Of a stretch of DNA of 64,000 nt, positions 39,378 to 51,349 are shown in pieces. The notes below the pieces were generated by a model that was not told the DNA's origin, did no database searches, and saw only the letters and a program-made list of their open reading frames with translations. Within the stretch, counting starts at the first letter, position 1; each line of letters starts with the position of its first letter. A program made the translations under genes and the position numbers. This DNA comes from Phoronis australis (taxonomy: Eukaryota; Animalia; Phoronida). The stretch covers positions 62,001 through 126,000 of the forward strand of contig NMRA01000053.1 of the NCBI GenBank assembly GCA_002633005.1, given 5' to 3'.

Positions 39378-39634
39378 GGGCTCTTCTCGCCCAGTTCATT
39401 GAGCCGGTCTACTTCAGCAGCCTCATTCTTGGCAGCCTGTACCACTCGGAACACCTGTCTCGTGCGGCCTATGCACGGATCTCCGCCATCGAGGCGGAGA
39501 CCCTGCCACCACCATACCACCTCAACCGCCTCTTGCTGAGCGGCATCTCTAACTCAGAGAGCCGTCAGCCTGGCAAGGCGCCCAACTTTGGCGCTAACTG
39601 GACCCTTGGTGATGAGGGTATGGAGGTGATCAAG
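39378..39634 (+). CDS. ADARB1: ADAR exon: deaminase domain part 3 (includes PPPY motif)
   Basis: ctcccgttacag| GALLAQFIEPVYFSSLILGSLYH...RQPGKAPNFGANW; donor aag|gtaagt. Confidence 0.96.
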
Positions 39635-39932
39635 GTAAGTAAGTTGGAAATGCATCGTACGACTCAACTTATATTGTGGGAGGCTCCGTGATTATCAGTG
39701 ACGCATACGGGTGTTTTAGTGTATAAAACTCTGACTGGATGTAATTGTAGACTAATGCTTTCTGGTACGCGAATGGTATACGCAGATTTGTTTTCAAAAT
39801 ATTTAGAGAACCCAAATGCATTGAAGTTGCCAAACTGAATGATAAAAAAATTCGAGGAAATAAAAGAGGTACCATCTGTAACATGCAGTGTTACTAAGTT
39901 AAAGTAATTGCTTATTTCTTGCTTCGTACCAG

Positions 39933-40103
39933 GTGACTACAGGTAAAGATGAAGCAGGCCAACCCTCGCGCCTTTGTAAGCACTCTATGTTCGCTCGCTT
40001 CAACAACCTGTATGGCCAGCTCCCATCCGTCATTCCCCAGCCCGAGGCTAACCGACCTAAGCTATACGCTGAAGCAAAGGTGGTGGCAACAGATTACCAG
40101 CAG
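39933..40103 (+). CDS. ADARB1: ADAR exon: deaminase domain part 4
   Basis: cttcgtaccag| VTTGKDEAGQPSRLCKHSMF...YAEAKVVATDYQQ; donor cag|gtattg. Confidence 0.94.
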
Positions 40104-40529
40104 GTATTGAACTCATTTTAATAAGCTATTTTCGATGTTGAACATGGCGGAATGTTTGGAAATATCCAGGGTTTGTAGGTCTTTTAAGAGTAGGTAATTT
40201 TAAGGAGTTTATGTGAAGATCCAGCATTTCTATAGGAAAGTGTTCTTGGTAGAAAAATATGTAGATTGTTAAATCTGCTTCAATATGGTATAAACCCTCA
40301 ATTTTCTGGTTTTCATCAGTTTGGAGTTTTTAAGTCATCTTTGCAATACTTTCTATTCATTCTGCTTGGCCTTTCAAAGAATCCAAAAAGTATGAAGTTA
40401 CCCTTGTTGATACGATGAGGTGACTTCTGTAGTTAGCCACTTTTAACTTCCACAAATTTGTGTTTGACGTGTTCATTCATTTTGTCATTCCGAGTCTGAC
40501 CGATTGCTTCCGTCTCTCATTTCCGACAG

Positions 40530-40631
40530 GCTAAGGCGCAGCTGTTCGAGGTCTTCAGCAAGGCCGGCTTGGGCAACTGGATTAAGAAACCCGTGGAGCA
40601 GGATCAGTTTGAACTGGCCACCTGCAGTTAG
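40530..40631 (+). CDS. ADARB1: ADAR last coding exon (stop TAG 40629-40631)
   Basis: ctcatttccgacag| AKAQLFEVFSKAGLGNWIKKPVEQDQFELATCS*; matches the ADAR2 C-terminal GxWxxKPxEQDQF. Confidence 0.95.
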   Translation, partial: AKAQLFEVFSKAGLGNWIKKPVEQDQFELATCS

Positions 40632-41679
40632 GTTCAGCCACGGCAAGCGATAGAGGTCGGTTGACACTGAACGGAACTGGTTGTGGCTAGTTTAGGCTGG
40701 CTGCTGTTGAACAACACTGCTGTATACTGCAGGGTTTCTAATCCGCCGTGTAACTGATCCGAATTCGGTGAAAACTGTCCTCGCTTGCGAGTTGCAACGT
40801 CTGTAATCGTCATTGAACTGAGCACTCATTTTAAAGATGTTTAGGTAATTCGTTGTAACACTGTATTCTTCGCAGACCCACCCGTGGAGTTTGACTGAGG
40901 TGAAAATACTTCACAATTCAGTCTACGTCTTATCAGTCCAGCTGCACTGAACTAGCGCACACGATGACGTAGGTGATTTACTGAGAATTACTTTGGGGCT
41001 TTGTGCTGTAAGCAATTCCATTTTAGATATTTGGATATACATATGTTAGTGATTATATTCATTTTGAGAATTTGATGTAGCACAGAAGTGTTCTCCCATC
41101 GCTGTGTGCACAATGGGCTCTAGATTTTAGTCTACAGACATTAGTGAATCTAATGATTTTCCTAGTTTTCACTCTTGTTTAATTTACAAGTTTCGCTGTT
41201 AGATATCAGGCGTATTTCATGGGCACAATCGAGTATTTAAATTAAATTGAACGAATTCGACTATCATCGGCTGCAGTTATCCTCAGTTTGGTAGGTGGAC
41301 TTGCTGTTACGTGATGAAGTTCGTGCTTTGGGCCACGTAATTCAATGTCATATCATAAAGAGGGTACTGGCCTACGTCACAGTTCATGATCATGTTGCCC
41401 GCTTTTACAGGCTTTTGAGTATCCAGCATATTTTTCCCCGACTAACTGTTAAGAGTTGAAATATTTAGGCTGTTGACACTTTTACGTGGCATCAAGAAGT
41501 GATGGCCAAGAAGATGGCAAAACTATTGTTAGTCTACTTCATTCTACTTTTAAACTAGTTTTAATGCGTTAGTCACCTCATAGGGAATTTTTATTATTAT
41601 TATTACAGTGCTTGATCTGTTTGTGTTGAATATGTTCCACCTTGGTGTTCTGAAAATATTTCAAGACGTTGAAGAGTCT

Positions 41680-41685
41680 AATAAA
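41680..41685 (+). promoter_or_regulatory. Candidate ADAR polyadenylation signal AATAAA
   Basis: First canonical hexamer noticed after the ADAR stop, followed by a GT/T-rich stretch; hexamers are common in AT-rich DNA. Confidence 0.3.
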
Positions 41686-44140
41686 CTTAAGTCTTCATGT
41701 TGTTAGTCGTGCTACATGTTCACATTGAATGTTAAGATACAAGTGACGTTGCCCGATTCTTTGACGATCGTGTAGATACATGAACAGTCGCTTATACAAT
41801 TGGCACCAAGAGAAAAAACAAACGTTAAAAATCTGCTCCTGTTCTCTGGTCACTACCAAAAAATTCCCTCAAACCAGTCATCTTGATTTGTAACCTTCAA
41901 GACAGTAGGCATGTTCTGAAATAATATTTCACTAGATGAGGCAGCAGTTGTTGTACAGCAGTGGTTCCAAAGCGACATTTAGCAGGCCATCATTGTTCCT
42001 TTTAGAAGTGCAAGGTATCATTTGAATTGGAATGAAAGCAGCCAATGACTGGCGGAATATGCACTTACATTTACACACAACAGCTTGTGATTGAGGCGTC
42101 ATATTAATCTCGTACAGTAAAAAGGCCATTATGATCATCTATGTTGACAGATGTTGAGATTACATTTTCTTCAAACGCTTATAGTGTGGTTAAACGCTTG
42201 GAAATCGTGTTGGTTGATAACAGTTCCAGTGTAAACTGTGCTCTTAATTCAGTACAAATGTCTTCCCGTGCTTTTTACGTAGAGATGGTAAAACAGAATT
42301 CTGATGTATTGTCTTTCGCATTAAACAGGGCTTGCCATATGTCTGTGAATGCCTTTATCTCGTATTTTTGGCATCACCCAGGCTCGCCAGGTGTGGAGGA
42401 TTCATGAAATCCACCAAATAAGTTAACTGCAAACTTTGTGTCGCGTATTCCATCACCGCAATGCATGTTGAGCAAAATGAGTGTTTAAATCCAGTCTTCC
42501 TTTTCAATACACAGTCCTACACAGCAAGCACATCTGGAACCGGTTCCGAACAGATCTTAATTTTCTGATAAAACTTAAATTTGTCTCAAGACTATTTCAA
42601 AAAAGATCTTGAGTTTGACTTGAGTTTTGTCTCAATTTTGACTACCTTGCTATATGTGGAAGTTTCAAAGTTCGGAATTAGAAATGAATCTTAGACTTAA
42701 GTAGAAAATGAACTTAAGTCAGTTTCTTGAAACTTCCATGTTACCATGACCACAAATAGCGATTTAATTTGCACTTGGAAATACTTGCAGACCATCTATT
42801 ACGAATTTAATTCCAACCAAAGGTGGTTTAATCGAAAGTCGATGACAACAAAAGTGTTTATTGCTATGCGCGCACATGCTATATGTGGGTGCATTTTGTT
42901 GTAAACCCCCCCCCCCCGAGATGTGCATGAATCGTGAAGGTGGCAGTTTATTTTGTCACAACTTTAGCACACTCAATCTCTGGCAGCACACATCACAATA
43001 TCCCAAATCACCTGAAAGATATTCTTGAAAGTTGGCAATTACACAAATCATTCCGGAGATAAATGTAGATACCAGGGCTGTGTCAAGTAGATGCAACTGA
43101 CCAATGAATGAAGCTAGTGTTATCATGTGTTTCACTTAATGAATGGTCATGTCTCGTTATTCCGAGTTTCTTGCATCGATGGAACACGACCATTTTTTGC
43201 GGATTCCAACTAGTGCTGTGACCCCTAGTGTCATTTTGTGTCTATCTTAGTAATTGCCAAACCTCCAGATTATTATTTGTGAAAAGCAGACCACACCCGT
43301 CAATTTTTGAATGCATGTCAACGCTATTCATTGCTCTTTGTAAAGTATTTATTTCCTCTGAAACTTTTTAACAAAAAAGATGATCGGTACAACAATCTCT
43401 TGATGAGCGACAGAGTTCAACCTTGCCCATACACTATTTTAACAGAGTGACAACTTCAGACAAATGTTAAGTAGATTGTCAGAGACGAGTTCTTTTGTTT
43501 TGGCTACAAGCAGAACAAACCAATTAACAGTAAAACTCACATAATTCAGATTTTGGCGGAACTTTGATAAAGTTCTACATACGATAGTTCCAGTTTGTTC
43601 TACCCTTCAGGTCAGTAAGATTTTGCCTAAGTTTGATAGTAAACAGTAATGTTTGAAGTATTTCACAGATCCGGTGAGACCAGAGAGTACCACAAGTACA
43701 ATGTAATTTGTTGCACCAACATTAAGCGGTCCATTTACAATGTTCAACATAGTCACAAAAATACAAAATGCTTACGTATTTAAATGCCCACATTAAATGA
43801 CTACAAGAAAATATTGTTCTTTGGCATATGCACAGTTTCTGATCATTAATTGAATCATAGAAAAAGATTTTTAAAAAATGCAAGGATACAAAACCGAAAA
43901 CTTGCAAAACATCCCTCTAGCCAGACTAGTTTTGTAGCCTTTCATTCAGGCGCTAAATCTTTCTATTGATTTAATAGCACTTTAATATTTAAGGGTGCAA
44001 AACAGTCACCTGCAGAAGAGGTTCACCAAAAGTGTACGGTAAGTCATCTCATGAGAACCCTGATAATTGAAAATGATTTCTAAGGGAAACTAGGAACAAA
44101 AAGCCTTGACAACTGTTCGAAATACATATAGTGAACTTGC

Positions 44141-44257
44141 TCAGGCGTGAAGATTTACACTCCAGCCTAACACTTGTCTGTCAAATCCACAAGAGAAAAG
44201 GTTGCAAGCAAGGTTATCCTCATCCCAAGCCACAGCACATACCATTCGTCGATGACC
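44141..44257 (-). CDS. WDR37: WDR37 last coding exon ([38 protein letters not shown])
   Basis: tttgtttgcag|; TGA at 44143-44141. Confidence 0.95.
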   Translation of the reverse strand, partial: GHRRMVCAVAWDEDNLACNLFSCGFDRQVLGWSVNLHA

Positions 44258-44654
44258 CTGCAAACAAAGTGTAACAAAACCTGGGAGTTATCAAGGAATG
44301 AAAAGAATACTACCAACATTCCTAGCATAGGGGCATCCACATAGAATTCAAAACTTACTGCTATGCGTTTTGATAGACCACTTAAATAGACAATTTACAT
44401 ACTTACCAACAGAAAGTCAACAAAATTTTCTTATCAAAAACATTTACAATTATACTTGCGTAACAAGATCATTTATTGTGGCACTGGACAACTTAATAAA
44501 TTTAGCAAACTATTGTTTGCTTCCTCAACATGTCATGAGGTACCCTTGAAAGAAGATAAATTTCAAAATCAGTAGGAGTATTGCCATAAGATGGGATTTT
44601 TGGTGAGGCATTTAGTCCATTCAAAAACAGCCAAATGAAGGTAAAAATCGTTAC

Positions 44655-44769
44655 CAATCTGTTACTCTTGGGTAGTCGACCGAGCCGGACACCATTGAAG
44701 TCGTATAGTCGCACATGCCTGTTGTCCTGGGGAATAGCTATTGCACTGTTGGACAAGGAGACTGCCAAC
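44655..44769 (-). CDS. WDR37: WDR37 exon (LAVSLSNSAIAIPQDNRHVRLYDFNGVRLGRLPKSNRL)
   Basis: ctttacaag| ... ttg|gtaacg. Confidence 0.93.
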
Positions 44770-45049
44770 CTTGTAAAGAGAATTGAAGATGTCATCAATT
44801 GCTAACAGTTCGTGTATTTTTGCAATGAAGTTTGTTCAATGCACCACAGATCGTGACATAAAAAATCACAATGATAACTTTAAGACTGCACCAAGTTACA
44901 TTTATTTAACAGTGTTTGTTATGTAAATTTAACTTTAAAAAATTACTACAATTGTGTGAAATTAATTGCACTAAATTCTAATTGAGGAATATTCTGATGA
45001 GTGAAATTTTCCTGGCTTTCAAATAAATCGGGAAATTAAATTAACTAAC

Positions 45050-45184
45050 CTATTAATGGACGAGTCAGTACGGATTGTTGCTATTGGTGACAACATATTT
45101 TTCAAGTCCCAAATTTTAACCGTCCTATCATCGCTTCCTGAGACAATCTTGTCACCATTGGCAAAAATTGCTGTGGTCACTGAC
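45050..45184 (-). CDS. WDR37: WDR37 exon ([44 protein letters not shown])
   Basis: cttgtcgcag| ... ag|gttagt. Confidence 0.95.
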
Positions 45185-45240
45185 CTGCGACAAGAAAGGA
45201 AATACATATTAAAATGTTTCTAACATATGAATTGCTTAAG

Positions 45241-45467
45241 AAATGTGAATGATCAGTCAAATGTAAATTATCAGTCAAATGTGAATTATCAGGCAAATGT
45301 GAATTATCAGTCGAATGTGAATGATCAGTCAAATGTGAATGATCAGTCAAATGTGAATTATCAGTCAAATGTGAATTATCAGTCAAATGTGAATAATCAG
45401 TCAAACGTGAATTATCAGTCAAATGTGAATTATCAGTCAAATGTGAATTATCAGTCAAATGTGAATT
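45241..45467. repeat. 18-bp minisatellite (AAATGTGAATTATCAGTC), ~12.5 copies, in a WDR37 intron
   Basis: Directly visible; source of the spurious NVNYQS and TDNSHL ORFs. Confidence 0.95.
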
Positions 45468-45682
45468 CTAAGTAGCATGTATCCCTGTAGAATGTTACAG
45501 CTTAAAATACATCGCTGTATGGTTCATTCTCATCTATCAATGAGTAAACCTAATTTCTTGTAAAATGTGAATACAAACTTAGCACTTGACCTGAAGTTAT
45601 GCTAGTCTCTAGTAACAAAACGTATCTGATGACAGAATGTCGAGCCCAGACGCACTCAACACTTAGTCAGAGACCTACATAC

Positions 45683-45821
45683 TGGGTATGACCTTGGAAA
45701 ACATTCAGCTTCATGGAAGGGTTGCGCAGGTCAGCGAGGCGGAAGGTAGCATCCTTGGATGACGTGATGACTAGTTGTTGTGATGGATGGCAACTGACGT
45801 TGGTCAGCTCGAGCTCATGTC
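45683..45821 (-). CDS. WDR37: WDR37 exon ([45 protein letters not shown])
   Basis: tttcttcag| ... ca|gtatgt. Confidence 0.93.
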
Positions 45822-45853
45822 CTGAAGAAATCCCAAACACCAAATGTGCTTAA

Positions 45854-46356
45854 AGGTTACGTAGGACCTTATTGATTTCTTAGCATACGTATTTAGCCAA
45901 ATCTACAAACTACGGTAAATTTTAACTCAGAAAAAGTATATGTTTTCGGAAAGTAGAAACTCTGTAGAATATGATTTTTGACTTTATACCAATCTGCTAT
46001 TATTTGGATCAAGTGGTCGCTGTCTTTTTAGTAAAATTTATCAAAAATCAAAGGCACATTTATATAACATGACCAAATTTTACTCAATACAAATCTTTCA
46101 AAATGAAATCTCAAGAAACGTTACTATAGTTTTCTAAATCATCATTCCGTTTTACGTTTCATGCAACTTCTAATTTTTTTCATAAAAATCATACAGTCTT
46201 ATTTTTGATAGCTACTCGTCTAAAAATGTAAACTTTTAAAAACAATTCTTAACAGCCTGTTGGAGACCAGTGCAGAAAGCATGGTATCTGAAATTTTCAA
46301 ATTAATCCCATCAGCCATTTTTGAGACTAGATGTTCCCAAAGCAGTCTACATAACC
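45854..46356. mobile_element. Kolobok-like non-autonomous element (TTAA TSD) in a WDR37 intron
   Basis: TTAA|AGGTTACGTAG ... CTACATAACC|TTAA. Confidence 0.55.
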
Positions 46357-46990
46357 TTAATGGCGTGACATTTATTGTAAACAAGTGTCAACTTGTTCAT
46401 TTAACCAAAGATAGTTTTCATGAAGGACGGAGAAGGAAGAAGACGTGTTATGGCATCGTAAAAAGTTGACACAAAAATGAGCAGAATATTGATAAAGCTT
46501 TTTAAATCTTACAGTACGGTATTTTGGAACTGTTGTGTTGATGAGAAACGCTGTTTTGTCCGATTACTTTTGGAAAGTGCTGTGAACGGCAGAACATCAA
46601 GTACCCTTTTCCAAAACATAAAAATATTTTTAATTCAGAGACCGACTACATGAAATTCATTTGAGGACAGTAAATACACGAAATGCAGCTTCTAAGTAAC
46701 CAATTGACAACAAAAGGAATTATGACTCTTACTGCCCTGTATTTAACAGGGGAAAACATGCTCAGCAAGCCTTTATACACCCCAAAGGTTCAGTTCTTTT
46801 CACAAGAGTGTTCCTGTGTGCCGCCCACAATATAGTAAGAATACTTCCTTGTCTATCGTCATGACCATCTCCATTTTGAACCAGGCAGCAGCTGGGGTCA
46901 TAGGTCTAATGGGATCACACACACCATTCCTTCACAAATCCTTTCTGCTCACTCTACCGACTGGATAAAAATTTACAGGTCTATACAAAC

Positions 46991-47179
46991 CTGTTAGTGT
47001 TTGAATGACTTCTTTCTTCTCAACATCATAGACATGCGCTGTCCTATCCCATGATCCTGTGATGACATGCGATCCACTAGCCAGCCAATCAGCAGCTATG
47101 ATGACATTCTTGTGTCCATCAAGTTCAGTTAAGGGAGTCCGAACATGTGAGGTTTCAGCACCATCAAGGAATTCAGTGG
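46991..47179 (-). CDS. WDR37: WDR37 exon (...PLTELDGHKNVIIAADWLASGSHVITGSWDRTAHVYDVE...)
   Basis: cacttatag| ... g|gtttgt; WD repeat. Confidence 0.93.
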
Positions 47180-48024
47180 CTATAAGTGAAGGACAATCAA
47201 CCCTTATTGTTCACCAACTCCACATATACCCGATTAGCATTTGAAATTGAGATTTAATGAAACAGAAACACCACATTCAGGCAATCTAACATTTTTAATC
47301 ACACCAGATTAAAAAAGTTTCATACAACTGCATTTAATTTTTGTACCATTCAAAGTTTACATGAGGTGTTACACCTCATTTCCCAACCATCAACATTGAA
47401 TGCTTCTTACCCATTGGAATTTGAATAGCCAGTTACAACAGTGCTAGGACTTTTAGGACACTAGAGGCCTCTTTTGTCTGGGGGTTAAGAGACAGAGATG
47501 GATCCCATTGATAGCACTGCTAACAAACAAATTACAGACTGTGCAGGCAATGTTTGGCACTGCCATCTATAAAAACATAATCTCTAAAAATGAGGATTTT
47601 CAGTCTTTGAATGACAAAAATTGGTTAACTACAACAGAATAAAATAGAAACTCATTCAGTGCTCCAGATGTTCCTTTGAGGAATATTTGCAGTCATCCAT
47701 TTTAAGTTTTATGAGTCAGAACTATAGACTGACAACTTGAAGGCTTGTCTACCTAACAACTCAATAGAGTGCTAATCTGACGGACCTTAATCCTCCCAAA
47801 ACATCTAAGTCAATCCTGAATAGAGGAGCACCTTGTGTGAACACATTAAAAGTGCTCCAAGAGGTGTATTGTTTGACTGGCAAGGCCCAAATCAAACCCA
47901 CAAGAAATAAAGAAAACATACCAAGTGCACCAAATAATGTATGACATTTCATGCAAAAATCAATTCATCACTTGAAATTAACTGCAAAGTTTTTTAATCT
48001 AGCTATTAATGACTAACCACCCAC

Positions 48025-48085
48025 CTTCAGACCCATCGTCTTTCTCTGATACATCAATTTCGTCTTCTGATGAGTGTTTCAACGT
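48025..48085 (-). CDS. WDR37: WDR37 exon (acidic linker TLKHSSEDEIDVSEKDDGSE)
   Basis: attatacag| ... g|gtgggt; phases fit; resembles the acidic SGEDE linker of WDR37. Confidence 0.85.
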
Positions 48086-48240
48086 CTGTATAATGAACAA
48101 CACGTAGCATACTTTAATGAACAGACGGCAACAGAGACTGGCACCTAAATACTTTAATAACGAAAATGTAGCGGATAGGTCCCCTATCTCTAGACCACAA
48201 CACACAGATCCCAAGTGGCAACTGCAAAAGGAAGTTGAAC

Positions 48241-48610
48241 CAGGGGTTCATCGAGTATATCAAAAATAAGGTGTCCAAAACAGGTTTCTCAATTTCTCAG
48301 GGCATCCATGACCAACAGTGTGCCACATCATTATAACCCAAAGTCAAATTGCTGAGTGTAGTATGTTACTAAGGAGACATGGACCACCACCAAAGCCTTT
48401 GCTATTTTGCATTATTTCTAAACCAATTTTTTAATCTGAACACATCAGTGAGATCCCACATCTGCTGCTAACATGTTAAAAGACAACCATGCGAACTACC
48501 TCCCTTTACTTGGGTGTCCAAATGCTGAACTGGGCGTCCTAACCAAGGTGTCTAAAGTTGAGTCAGGGTATCCATTTGAACGCCCTGGCCAGCCTCTAGA
48601 TGAAAACTTT
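48241..48610. mobile_element. Diverged relative of the 31041 hAT MITE
   Basis: caggggttcat..aaaataaggtgtccaaaa..cagggcatccatga and right-end gggtatccatttgaacgccc resemble the 25251 and 31041 copies. Confidence 0.5.
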
Positions 48611-48960
48611 ATGGGAACTGACCACAACACTCATTTACAAAAACCTCCAGTTTGGATGACATGGAGCAAGTGCATGTACAGAAAGTTTTTTTTTGACTCC
48701 AGGACAAGGTTAAAGAAACTTTAACTGTCTTCGTGTGAGGCAAACAAGAGGCAACAACCATTTCGATGTAGAATAAATGTAGAAATTTGACCATTACATC
48801 GAAAAGTCACAAAACAATGAAAATCACATTTGACAGTTTTTCTTGCCATGCAAAGCCCTAGGTCTGCAGTGTTAACAGTGAGATATTCACCTTGTCAAGT
48901 GCTTGCTATTAGGTGGTCAAGTGCCATAATGCAGAATTTTTTATGGGTAGTTACACATAC

Positions 48961-49133
48961 CAAGGAGTCAAAGTCAGCTGGCTTTCTCCACACATGGGCC
49001 ATTTGATCACCAGACGCCGTCAACACCAAGTCTTGAGATGGGTGGAATCTTATCGCGTTGACAGAGCCCGAGTGTCCAAGGTAGGTCAGTACACACTGAC
49101 CAGTCTCCACTGACCAAAGCCTAGCACTGTAGT
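48961..49133 (-). CDS. WDR37: WDR37 exon ([13 protein letters not shown]...[13 protein letters not shown]...[10 protein letters not shown])
   Basis: ttttcctaag| ... ttg|gtatgt; WD repeat. Confidence 0.94.
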
Positions 49134-49677
49134 CTTAGGAAAAAGAAAATCCCAAATAAAATTTCTCCGAAGGTGTAGGACATGTTCTCATTTAGTTGAG
49201 AGTTTAAAGTTATTTTAGTTTTCTTGCATAGCATATGCCACAAAAAATAATTACCCAGCACCTAAAATGACGAAAGCATGATAGCCATTCCGCAAAATGG
49301 GCATTTATAAAGGAAAATAACTATCTATAATATGGGCGACATTAGTACATGATAACATTAGGTGGACAAATGACAAATTAATATATTCATGGAATTTCTA
49401 GCTAAAGGCGACCATGAGGACATGGCCAGTGGAAAGTCATGAAAATACACATAAATCTACAACAAGTTCTTCCAAAACTGCACCCTTCTTTCCTAATGAA
49501 TGGTCATTAAGTGTTAAACTTTCTGTCTTACACACACAAATCTTCATAAGAGTGGTCGGCGCTCATTTGAACAGTTCCAAAACGTCTGTCAACAACTGTT
49601 TGAGAATAAAGATTTATACAAACTCAAACTTACAAAATCCACAAACATACATAAAATACTGGTCTGTCTCAGAATAC

Positions 49678-49866
49678 CTGCTGATGCGGTCCCAATGACC
49701 TTTTGACCCGATCTTGACACATTGACCTCCCACACACCATCTCTGTGACCTCTGAACTCTTTAGCCAGACTGCTGATGTTGGAAGAGGAAGCCTGTTTGA
49801 AGGTAGAGGCTAACCTACTTGTAGACACCTTGTAGGTTGACTTGATCTTCTGTCCTAAGTGACTAG
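49678..49866 (-). CDS. WDR37: WDR37 exon (SHLGQKIKSTYKVSTS...GHRDGVWEV...GTASA)
   Basis: tctgttgtag| ... g|gtattc; first WD repeat. Confidence 0.94.
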
Positions 49867-51238
49867 CTACAACAGAGAAATGCAGAAATTAGTTTGAATA
49901 TATGGAACTGGAGAAACACTTAAGGTCATTTAGCTACCATTTTTAAACAAAAATAATCGTCAAAATTGCCATTTTTTCATTTTCAAAAGCTTCTAACATG
50001 GCTTTGAATAACTATAGTTTTTCAAAATATTGTCCTATGGTAGACATGGTACAGAACTGTCTGGACTCCAACACGCTGTGAGCAAGACCTTTATGTTCCA
50101 TTCCAAGACTGCAAACACTATGACTGAGGAACACATGCTCTGAGCCTTGTCAAAACAGCCGATTGAACAGAGAATTTCGGAGTCGATTACAATTTGGCAA
50201 TCACATCAACAGTTATTACTATTATGGTATACCCTTATTTGGAATATGTTAATAAGTACACTTTACAGTTGAATCACGGCCAGGTCGAAAATGACATAAA
50301 TGCAATGAGAACTGGATGATTAAAAAATACAAACACCTGTGGAGTGCCGATTTCACCAGAAAACACTAATTAAAAGTTCTGGGAGATGTAATTACCTTCA
50401 TATTCTGAATATTTGCAGGAGATTCATGACTAATTTTTCTAATTATTCATTGGAAACCACCTCATTATGCATTCAAATAAAGAAACATTGATGCTTTAGG
50501 CTAAATCAACACAAAACAAATAACAAGCGCTATAGTGAACAATGTCGTATTTACAACACTATACACTACATACAGTATCCAGACATTTTCTTTCTTAATT
50601 TAAAACATCATCAGTGAGAAACGCACACATAAAAGGTAAACACTACAAACACTGTACAACAGTCAAACACTTGAGTGAAAAGGGGACAAAAAATCAACAG
50701 GAGCCAGGGCCATGCAGCCACATTTTCATGAAAACCAACCCAGGGTCAATATTTGTACTGTTACTTAGCCCTCAACACAAAAAACACAAGTCATAAAATT
50801 GCTACATTTAAAGCCCTAATACTATTACAATCCAAAATTATTACTATAACCGATCACCCCAGCATCAACTGACTAAACTTCGTGAATAACCAGCAAGTTT
50901 CTGTGTCCAAATAACACCTCAGCATTCACCTTCTGATCATAATCAATAAGCGCTGGTTTGGACATCTACTTGGTATTTTAATTAAGAGAAATCTGTTATC
51001 GTTCAGTACTTGTAGAGTGCAATGTAAAAATCGGCTTGTTAGTTATCTGCCACACAAGTGTGCACACGCTACGCATGCTAAACTCGTGTATTGTCAGACG
51101 ACGTAACACCGATGAGTGAGAACCAAACACTTAATCATTTCCAAGCAGTTCAGAGAGGCACTTTCTATAAACTGTATTGGACTAATTTTCATTTGTTAAT
51201 TGCAAACATAAACATAAACTCAGCCAGAGCTAACTTAC

Positions 51239-51349
51239 ATTTCTTGGCCTTGATGGACTGTATACCATCAGGGTTCTCCAGAGATTCTTTCTCACCAACC
51301 TCACTCCCAGTTGCCAACTTGTCAGTCAAGTACTCAACTTCCTTTTGTA
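51239..51349 (-). CDS. WDR37: WDR37 exon (QKEVEYLTDKLATG...IKAKK)
   Basis: ttaattttag| ... t|gtaagt; phases fit both neighbours. Confidence 0.87.

Larger units (their letters stand above)
28738..40631 (+). other. ADARB1: ADAR2/ADARB-like double-stranded RNA-specific adenosine deaminase gene (span of 8 confidently assigned coding exons; start-codon exon lies upstream)
   Basis: Exons splice via GT-AG with consistent phases (1988 nt including stop). Product has NLS, 2 dsRBDs and a deaminase with TGTKC, CHAE, PCGDARIFSPHE, ESGEGTIP, SCSDK and C-terminal WIKKPVEQDQF, all typical of ADAR2. No Z-alpha domain. Likely a single pro-ortholog of vertebrate ADARB1/ADARB2. Confidence 0.95.

Noticed and set aside
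45177-45475. Repetitive ORFs (TDNSHL)n and (NVNYQS)n, or a CRISPR-like array
   Set aside because: Simple 18-bp intronic minisatellite with no spacers; open only because the unit length is a multiple of 3.
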